DNA from: Candidatus Latescibacterota bacterium
GTDB lineage: Bacteria > Latescibacterota > UBA2968
Direction of reading: 5' to 3'
Assembly (NCBI GenBank): GCA_038279365.1
Contig: JAYODI010000064.1
Location: 1-34,967 of the forward strand
DNA: 34,967 bases
The notes beneath the pieces were generated by a model that had not been told where the DNA came from, ran no database searches, and saw nothing but the letters and a program-made list of their open reading frames with translations. This document shows, in pieces, positions 9,694 through 16,588 of the stretch. Each line of letters begins with the position of its first letter. The stretch's first letter is position 1. The position numbers and the translations under genes are program-made.

Positions 9694-10617
9694 TTAGGGT
9701 ACTGACATAATGCAAGGTTCGTTTTCATATTCAATGTCGATGGTAATGTGTTCAAAGGATTTGTTGGTGATAATTTGTCTAATTTGTTCTTTAATGTCGC
9801 AAACTGTTTGTCTATCAAGACCAGACTCTACCACAACATGTGTGGTGAGCACATGATGTTCACCATCGAGTGACCAAACGTGTGTATGGTGGGTTGAAAT
9901 AACATGAGGGATGTGTGACAGTTCGTGCTCTAATTGTGGCACATCAACGGTTTCGGGTACTGCTTGTAAAAACAATGCGAGGGTTTTGTTGAGATTTTTG
10001 ATGACATTGTAGAGGATATAGAGTGTAATAAGCACAGAAAGAATGGGATCGAGAATATAAAGGTCAACAAAAAATAAAACGATACTGACTATTAAAACGG
10101 CCACCCATCCTAAAGCATCTTCAAGCAAATGCCAAGTGGCCACACGTGCATTCATAGATTCACTTCGGCTGAGGCGTAAGGCAGCAATACCGTTGACGGC
10201 AATGCCGAGAATAGCAAATATCAACATGCCTTGTGCATCAGTAGGTTCTGGATTGAGAATGCGTGGTACGGCGTGAGCAAGAATAATAAGAGAACCTACA
10301 ATAAGGATAACGGTGTTGATGAGTGCGCCAAGCAATGAAAGCCGACGATACCCATATGTGTAACGGTTGGTTGCGCTTTGATTGGATTTGTTTTCAAGAT
10401 ACCAGGCCAAGCCCAATGAGACACTGTCGCCCAAGTCATGGAGGGCATCGGACATGATGGCCAAACTGTTGGTCAATGCACCACCAATAAATTCGAGCAG
10501 TGTAAATACAAAATTAAGGAAAAAGGCTACGCGAATGTTGTCACTGGTGTGATGATGGTGGTGACCATGGTGATGGTGATGTGCGTTGTGATCGTGGTGG
10601 TGGTGATCGTGTGCCAT
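9694..10617 (-). CDS. czcD: Cation diffusion facilitator (CzcD/ZitB-like Zn2+/Co2+ exporter) with His-rich N-terminus
   Basis: SLAIMSDALHDLGD, YTYGYRR, HLLED, DPILS, HHTHVWSLDG and HITI motifs; about 6 TM helices. Start at MAHDHH (10617). Confidence 0.88.
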   Translation of the reverse strand: MAHDHHHHDHNAHHHHHGHHHHHTSDNIRVAFFLNFVFTLLEFIGGALTNSLAIMSDALHDLGDSVSLGLAWYLENKSNQSATNRYTYGYRRLSLLGALINTVILIVGSLIILAHAVPRILNPEPTDAQGMLIFAILGIAVNGIAALRLSRSESMNARVATWHLLEDALGWVAVLIVSIVLFFVDLYILDPILSVLITLYILYNVIKNLNKTLALFLQAVPETVDVPQLEHELSHIPHVISTHHTHVWSLDGEHHVLTTHVVVESGLDRQTVCDIKEQIRQIITNKSFEHITIDIEYENEPCIMSVP

Positions 10618-10649
10618 AATTGGACCAAAAGTAAGAGGGTGGTAGATGT

Positions 10650-10735
10650 GGTCACAAGTTTCAGGTCTGCAAGTCACAGGTCAAATGATCGTTTGACCTG
10701 TGACTTGTGACTTGCGACTTGTAGACTTGCGACTT
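10650..10735. repeat. Inverted array of 7-nt tandem repeats (RGTCACA / TGYGACT) forming a long hairpin
   Basis: About 5 units in one orientation and 6 in the other; perfect 16-bp stem 10670-10685 / 10692-10707. Confidence 0.85.
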
Positions 10736-10742
10736 AAAAAGA

Positions 10743-11168
10743 TTATGATGATTTGTTTGCGTCGCGACGCATTTCTGCAATGCGGACAAGCACATACATG
10801 CCCAGTGAAATAACAAAAAAAACAAGCAACATCCAAGCAATGGATTGAAGAGATTCAATAATAGTACGGTAAATTTCGAGTACCCAGCGTTCGGTGGTGA
10901 GTTCGAAAGGTTGAACGGTTTCTGGCTCTCCTTCAAGTTTGGGGTAATGTTGTGGCATAATGTAGCGCTCGAGTGCATAAATACGAACACCACCTGAAAT
11001 GCCAACCACATAGATGGCAAATTTCATATAGCGTGCCCAAGCGTTGGCTATCACATCGTCTATGAGCCGGTTTAGGATGCTGTTGATGGGGGTTTCAAAT
11101 GCCTTTGCCGAAATAAAGGCGACAAGCGCAGAAACGAGCAGGGTGATAATGAGCAGTGTGAAAAACAT
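10743..11168 (-). CDS. Hypothetical membrane protein (141 aa, about 3 TM)
   Basis: Three hydrophobic segments; co-oriented with neighbours. Confidence 0.8.
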   Translation of the reverse strand: MFFTLLIITLLVSALVAFISAKAFETPINSILNRLIDDVIANAWARYMKFAIYVVGISGGVRIYALERYIMPQHYPKLEGEPETVQPFELTTERWVLEIYRTIIESLQSIAWMLLVFFVISLGMYVLVRIAEMRRDANKSS

Positions 11169-11266
11169 AGGTTATTTTACCAAAAGTAGAGTGAAATCAA
11201 GTTAAAACGTGATAACTTTTTGTTTGATCAAAAGATAGGATGAGTTACGGGGTGGGGCAAGTATAT

Positions 11267-11300
11267 AAAAATACCCAATCCTCAAATGGGAGGATTGGGT
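11267..11300 (-). terminator. Intrinsic terminator downstream of the ABC permease
   Basis: 11-bp stem acccaatcctc / gaggattgggt, followed by a T tract on the minus strand. Confidence 0.75.
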
Positions 11301-11322
11301 TGAGTATCGGTCACATAAGGAG

Positions 11323-13740
11323 TTATTCACTTCTGAGTGTATCAACCGGATTGGTATGCGCCGTGTAAAAGGTTTGGTAACTGACAGTAAGAAAGGCGAT
11401 TAGAAGGGCCAGAAACCCACTTAAAATGAATGGCCAAAGGGTTAAGTTGATGCGATAGGCAAATTCTTGAAGCCATTGTTGCGATAAATAATAAGCAATG
11501 GGCCAAGCCATTAGGTTGGCAAAAAGAACAAATTTGAGAAAATTTGTTGACAAGAGCAGAAATATATTTGTTGTGGATGCTCCCAATACTTTGCGAATGC
11601 CTATTTCTTTTTTTCGACGTTCGGTTGTAAAAGCCGCCAAACCAAAAAGACCCAAACAGGCCAATAGGGTGGCGAGAATGGAAAAAGAAGTTGCGAGTTT
11701 TTGCAGGTCTTTTTCGGCTTGGTAGAGGGTATTGAGATCATCGCTGAGAAGCGAAAAGGTAAAGGGCTGTTCGGGCGACATAAATTGTGCCCAGGTTTTT
11801 TCGAGAAATGGGCGGGTGGCAGAAAAGTTTTGAACCCGTAAAAGGAGATAGTTGTAGAACCATTGCCGATAAGCAAATGCGGCAGGTTCTATGGGTGTGT
11901 GCAAAGACGTGTAGTGAAAATCATCGATTACACCAATAACAATGCCATTGGCATCTTCTTCTGATCGGGCACGCCCAAAGCGGCGGCCTATTGCATTTTC
12001 GACAGTCCATCCGAGTGCGTGAATGGCTGTTTTGTTGAGGATGTAACTGAATGAACGATCTCGCTCGTTTTCGGGTGAAAATGTTCGCCCAGCAAGGAGA
12101 GGAACCCGCAGTGTGTTAAACAGGTCTTCATCGGTTTCTTGTACGGGCATACGCCATTCGGTGTTGTCTTGGCCTTCGGGTTTGACAATGCGTGTAAACC
12201 ATCGGTCTTTGCCGGGCAAAGACCGAAAGGCCGATGCGGACAATACATTGGTGTGTGTTAAGAAGGCTTGTTTAACAGTGTTGTAACGTGCCACAAGCCA
12301 AGGGTCGTTATTGGTTTTGCTTTCTCGGTCTAATACAAAGATGGGCAAGACGATGAGTTGATTTTTGTCAAAACCGAGGTCTTTGTTTTGGATGAATGTG
12401 AGTTGATGATTGACAACGGTTGTGCTTGCGATGAGGATAATGGCGATGGCAAATTGGGTGATGACGAGCATTTGTCTAAAGCGCGCAGATGTTCTTGTGT
12501 TGTTTAAGGTTTGAATGGGGTGAAATGCAGACAAATAAAATGCAGGATACAAACCTGCAAAAAGCCCAACCATGAGCGTGAGTAAGATTAAAATGGGGAA
12601 CAGTGTGAATAGGGAGTGAATATGGAGTGAGTATTGCGTGTGTGCCAATTGGTTTATGTGGGTTAATAAAATACGTGCAAGGGGAAGGGCAAGAATGAGT
12701 GCTAAAAAGGCAATAAAAGAGGACTCACCTAAAAATTGTTGGATAATTTGACGACGTTGTGCTCCCACCACTTTGCGCAGGGCGACTTCTCTGGCCCGGC
12801 CTGTGGCACGTGCGGTTGCCAAATTGATAAAGTTGATGCTTGCAATAGTGAGTATGAGCAAAGCAATGGCAGCAAAGAGATAGATTGTGTTGATGTTGCC
12901 ACCTGTGGGCAGGTTGTAATCTTGTAGGCTATAAAGGTGCAAGCGCAAGAGCGGTTGTAAGCGGTAGGTGAGGATACTTCGCACTTCTGCGCCCATATGG
13001 CGCTCGATGATGTTGGAGATTTTGCTTTCGAGTAATTGGGTATCTGTGTTGGGGCGCAATTGGACAAAAGTTTCTATGCCCGCCTGTTGCACACGGCCTT
13101 GCCAAGCTGTCCAGTCGAAAATGGCTTCTTGGGTGCGGCCACTGGTTTGGTGAATGAGATCAAATTGAAGGGTTGATGTTGTGGGTGGGTTTTGCAAAAT
13201 GGCACTGATGGTATAGTCACCTCCATAATAACGTTCTTCAATGGTGATGGTTTTACCAATGGGATCTGTTTTGCCAAAAAGGCGTTGTGCGGTTTTTTGG
13301 GTGATGGCAATGTGGTAAGGTTGTTTAAGCGTGGCGGCATTGCCTTGAAGAAATGGAAAGTTAAAGAGTTTAAAAAAGTTGTCGTCTACGTGGCCTTGTC
13401 TGAGCAGTTGGGTGTGATTGTTGTGGCGCACGTTAACGTCGTAGAGCCGATTTTTAGAGGCCATTTCAACTTCAGGAATTTCTTCTTCGAGTGTGCGCGC
13501 CAAAGCACCCGAGGTGAGCCATCGAACTTGTTTTTGGTCGTTGCTGATGCGTTCGCGTAAGACGCGGTAGATTCGGTCTGCATGGGGGTGAAATTGGTTG
13601 TAACTGTATTCGTGATGAATGATGGTGAGGGCAATAACACAACACGATAGGCCAATGGCCAGGCCAAAGAGGTTGATGAGGGTGTAGCGTTTTTGGCGTA
13701 GGAGGTGGCGTATAGCGATGGTGAGGTAGTTTAAAAACAT
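11323..13740 (-). CDS. ABC transporter permease, duplicated MacB-periplasmic/FtsX architecture (orphan type VII permease)
   Basis: 805 aa; YTLINLFGLAIG, INFINLATARATGRAREVALRKVVGA, QFLGES, LQPL..LHLYS, RRKKEIGIRKVLGA and NPVDTLRSE. Confidence 0.92.
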   Translation of the reverse strand: MFLNYLTIAIRHLLRQKRYTLINLFGLAIGLSCCVIALTIIHHEYSYNQFHPHADRIYRVLRERISNDQKQVRWLTSGALARTLEEEIPEVEMASKNRLYDVNVRHNNHTQLLRQGHVDDNFFKLFNFPFLQGNAATLKQPYHIAITQKTAQRLFGKTDPIGKTITIEERYYGGDYTISAILQNPPTTSTLQFDLIHQTSGRTQEAIFDWTAWQGRVQQAGIETFVQLRPNTDTQLLESKISNIIERHMGAEVRSILTYRLQPLLRLHLYSLQDYNLPTGGNINTIYLFAAIALLILTIASINFINLATARATGRAREVALRKVVGAQRRQIIQQFLGESSFIAFLALILALPLARILLTHINQLAHTQYSLHIHSLFTLFPILILLTLMVGLFAGLYPAFYLSAFHPIQTLNNTRTSARFRQMLVITQFAIAIILIASTTVVNHQLTFIQNKDLGFDKNQLIVLPIFVLDRESKTNNDPWLVARYNTVKQAFLTHTNVLSASAFRSLPGKDRWFTRIVKPEGQDNTEWRMPVQETDEDLFNTLRVPLLAGRTFSPENERDRSFSYILNKTAIHALGWTVENAIGRRFGRARSEEDANGIVIGVIDDFHYTSLHTPIEPAAFAYRQWFYNYLLLRVQNFSATRPFLEKTWAQFMSPEQPFTFSLLSDDLNTLYQAEKDLQKLATSFSILATLLACLGLFGLAAFTTERRKKEIGIRKVLGASTTNIFLLLSTNFLKFVLFANLMAWPIAYYLSQQWLQEFAYRINLTLWPFILSGFLALLIAFLTVSYQTFYTAHTNPVDTLRSE

Positions 13741-13744
13741 AAAC

Positions 13745-13922
13745 CGCCTTCGGCGAGTTACCTTTTTTCAACAGCAAAAAAAGGTAACCCAAAAATGCCG
13801 TCCCTCAGGTGCCGGGAGGGCTGATTTTCCGCAAATACCCTCAGGGGGTACAATGGATGATTGAGCCTATAACCTCAAAGCATAAAAGACAAAAATAGCT
13901 GAACGGAATGACGCGGAAAATC
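13745..13922. repeat. Multi-hairpin intergenic element (REP/MITE-like or structured leader)
   Basis: Stems: cgcc/ggcg (13745-13755), gttacctttttt/aaaaaaggtaac (13757-13788), ccctc/gaggg (13802-13820), and long-range gattttccgc/gcggaaaatc (13823-13832 / 13913-13922) enclosing taccc/gggta and ttgag/ctcaa. Confidence 0.6.
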
Positions 13923-13975
13923 CTGATGGCTTTAAGTGATCGTTTATGGTGATGCCAATAGTGATTGTTGAAAGT

Positions 13976-14947
13976 TTAGGGTGCTTGGGCGCCTTGGGTT
14001 TCGACGTAGAGGGCGTAGAGACACTGGCCGCCGGTCATGAAGAGGCGGTTTTTCATGCGACCACCAAAACAAAGGTTGGAACAGGGTTCGGGGAGGTGGA
14101 TTTTGCCGATGAGGTCGCCTTCGGGAGCAAAAATTTGAACGCCGTCGTCTTCGGGGTTTCCCCAGCCGGAGCTGGACCAGAGGTTGCCGTCTTTGTCACA
14201 TCGGATGCCGTCGGCAAAGCCGGGTTTCATGTCGACAAAGAGGTGGTCATTTTTGAGGGTGTCATTGTGAACGTCAAAGACGCGAATGTGAGCAGGCCCA
14301 CCCAAGCCGTGTGACGCACCTGTGTCGGCAATGTAGAGTTTGGTTTCGTCGGGTGAAAAACAAAGGCCATTGGGACGGATGAAGTCGCCTACGACGACGG
14401 TGGCTTTTCCGGTGTTGGGGTCGAGACGGTAGACATTGGTGGGCAATTCGTATTCGGCTTGAAAACCTTCGTAGTTGAGCATGATGCCGTAGCCGGGGTC
14501 GGTGAACCAGATGCTGCCATCCGATTTGACCACAACGTCGTTGGGGGCATTGAGGGGTTTGCCGTTGAATTGGTCAATCAGTACGGTAATGGTGCCGTCA
14601 TATTCGGTGCGGGTGACGCGGCGGGTGCCGTGTTCGCAGGTGATGAGGCGGCCTTCTCTGTCGCGGGTGTGTCCGTTGCAAAAGTTTGAGGGTTGGCGAT
14701 AAACACTGAGGCTACCATCTTGTTCGTTCCAGCGCATGATGCGGTTGTTGGGAATGTCGCTAAACAAGAGGCATCTGGCGTCGCCAAACCAAACGGGGCC
14801 TTCACCCCAGCGTAGGCCAGTACAAAGACGATCTACGGCGGCGTTGCCAATGGCGTATTTTTGGAAGCGTGGGTCAATGATTTCAATAGCGGGATCTGGA
14901 TAACGGATTGGGCTACCATCCCAGGGGCGGGTTTGCCAGTCAGACAT
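13976..14947 (-). CDS. SMP-30/gluconolactonase/LRE family protein
   Basis: WGEGPVW, LNAPNDVVVKSDGSIWFTDP, RPNGLCFSPDE and ADGIRCD; AAGGAG RBS. Confidence 0.93.
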   Translation of the reverse strand: MSDWQTRPWDGSPIRYPDPAIEIIDPRFQKYAIGNAAVDRLCTGLRWGEGPVWFGDARCLLFSDIPNNRIMRWNEQDGSLSVYRQPSNFCNGHTRDREGRLITCEHGTRRVTRTEYDGTITVLIDQFNGKPLNAPNDVVVKSDGSIWFTDPGYGIMLNYEGFQAEYELPTNVYRLDPNTGKATVVVGDFIRPNGLCFSPDETKLYIADTGASHGLGGPAHIRVFDVHNDTLKNDHLFVDMKPGFADGIRCDKDGNLWSSSGWGNPEDDGVQIFAPEGDLIGKIHLPEPCSNLCFGGRMKNRLFMTGGQCLYALYVETQGAQAP

Positions 14948-14959
14948 TTTATGCTCCTT

Positions 14960-15427
14960 TTACACCTGTGTCCATTCGGTCTTTGTTCGTGTAAGCACAG
15001 TGGGTTTGAGTCCAAAAGGTTCGGGTGTGACTTTGTGTCCGAAGCTTAACAGTTCGATTTGGTCGGGTATGAATTTGATGAGGATGTATCCCTCTTCTGG
15101 GCCTTTGGGGAAATAGGTGCGGAAATTGCCATTCCAATATTTTTGTCTGAGATTTTCGTCATCTATGATTTGAGCTGTGCCCAAGAGTGTGACATAACCG
15201 ATGTCGTGGTTGTCGTAATAAAGAAGTGTGAGATTGGGGTCCTGTTTGATATCCGCAACTTTGCGGGAGTTGGGATGGGTGCCAAACCAAATGGTCCAAT
15301 CAAGCTCGGGATCAAAGGGCTGAAGAATGCGGGCATTTAGACGATTTTGACCTCGGGTTATTACGGAGCAAAATTTGGCATTTTGCATGGTGCTACGACA
15401 AATATCAAGCAAGTTTTCGACAGTCAT
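14960..15427 (-). CDS. Pyridoxamine 5'-phosphate oxidase-like FMN-binding protein (general stress protein 26-like)
   Basis: IWFGTHPNSRKVADI..DPNLTLLY, GYVTLLGTA and LIKFIPDQIE. Start at 15427 after AAGGTG; the ORF track starts at 15508. Confidence 0.85.
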   Translation of the reverse strand: MTVENLLDICRSTMQNAKFCSVITRGQNRLNARILQPFDPELDWTIWFGTHPNSRKVADIKQDPNLTLLYYDNHDIGYVTLLGTAQIIDDENLRQKYWNGNFRTYFPKGPEEGYILIKFIPDQIELLSFGHKVTPEPFGLKPTVLTRTKTEWTQV

Positions 15428-15617
15428 GGTGTTCACCTTGGGTGAAAGGGTATGATCAGTCTGAGAAAGGCGTTGTGCCAATGTATGGTTTCGGCAGGGG
15501 TCTATCAAGTATTTCTATGATTGCCAGTGGTTGTTTTTTTAAATGATTTGGGTACTATAACTTCGGTGTATAAAAGTAAATGGGTTTTTTGGAATTTTTG
15601 AGAGATGTGAGATTAAT

Positions 15618-16325
15618 ATGGCTCATTCGTTGGTGTTTGAAAATGTATCTAAGGTCTATGAAACCTTTGGCAGTGGCAGCAAATATGCGCTGAAAGGGGT
15701 GTCCTTTGAAGTCATTCAAGGGCGCAAAGTGGCTGTTATTGGGCGCAGTGGCAGTGGCAAATCGACACTTTTGCACATTGCGGCTGGCATTGACGTGCCC
15801 AGTTCGGGCATTGTGCGGGTGCATGAGCGTGATTTGCATACACTCTCAGAAGCGGAACGCACACTGATGCGGCGTGATGATGTGGGGTTGATTTTTCAGT
15901 TTTTCCATTTGTTGCCGCATTTGTCGGTGTATGACAATGTCACTTTGCCTTCAATGATTGCAGGCGATCGCTTGGTTGATGTGGATGGGCGGGTAATGGA
16001 TTTGCTTGGGCGTGTGGGTTTGGCCGACCGGGCACGTGATGCGGTGCAAAAGTTGTCTGGTGGGGAGATGCAACGCGTGGCTATTTGCCGAGCCTTGTTG
16101 CGCAAACCCCGATTGTTGTTGGCCGATGAACCCACGGGCAATTTGGACGATGAAAGTGGCCAGCGTGCCATGGATTTGTTGTTGTCTTTGGTGGATGATG
16201 AAGGGACAACACTTTTGTATGTAACACACAGCCGAGAATTTGCCAAGTTGGCAGATGAAGTTTGGGAAATTCACAGCGGAGAACTTTCGAATAGACGGAA
16301 CATTAAGGGCCGAATGGATGAATAG
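15618..16325 (+). CDS. ABC transporter ATP-binding protein (LolD/AttE-like)
   Basis: Walker A GRSGSGKST, signature LSGGE, Walker B LLADEPTGNLD and VTH. Confidence 0.95.
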   Translation: MAHSLVFENVSKVYETFGSGSKYALKGVSFEVIQGRKVAVIGRSGSGKSTLLHIAAGIDVPSSGIVRVHERDLHTLSEAERTLMRRDDVGLIFQFFHLLPHLSVYDNVTLPSMIAGDRLVDVDGRVMDLLGRVGLADRARDAVQKLSGGEMQRVAICRALLRKPRLLLADEPTGNLDDESGQRAMDLLLSLVDDEGTTLLYVTHSREFAKLADEVWEIHSGELSNRRNIKGRMDE

Positions 16326-16545
16326 GCGAATAGACGAATAGACGAATAGGCGAACCTGCGGGTGCGCGAAGCGCAAGTTCTCGAAGAGAACGCACCGAAG
16401 GTGCCCCGCTGCTCACGAGCGCAGCGAGTCATAGGCGAATAGACGAGTCAAAACAGCTTTGTTGCTTCGTCTATTTGTTGCTTCGCTGCATCGTAGATTA
16501 CTCGCTACGCTCGTTGTAGCCTGCGGCTGTGCGTAGATTCGTTGC
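16311..16545. repeat. Composite repeat: 8-nt CGAATAGR tandem array interrupted by a GC-rich GAA-loop cloverleaf and nested inverted repeats
   Basis: Five octamer units at 16311-16350 resume at about 16431. Three C(GAA)G hairpins lie within an outer gcggg/cccgc stem (16358-16409). A 15-bp inverted repeat with one mismatch spans 16415-16429 / 16500-16514. Confidence 0.85.
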
Positions 16546-16588
16546 TTGGCATATTCGCAGTTCTTGCTTTCTAAAAGAAGGATATTTT

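Noticed and set aside
10617-10677. Extended N-terminus of the CDF (MTCRPETCDH...)
   Set aside because: It is largely a translation of the heptamer repeat. MAHDHH is the more plausible start.
13946-14314. 122-aa + strand ORF, and the many other short overlapping ORFs in the track
   Set aside because: These are antisense or alternate-frame shadows of well-supported genes, with no motifs or RBS.
16311-16545. CRISPR array or tRNA
   Set aside because: Units are 8 nt with no unique spacers and no cas genes. The cloverleaf has 3-nt loops and lacks T/D-loop consensus and an anticodon loop.
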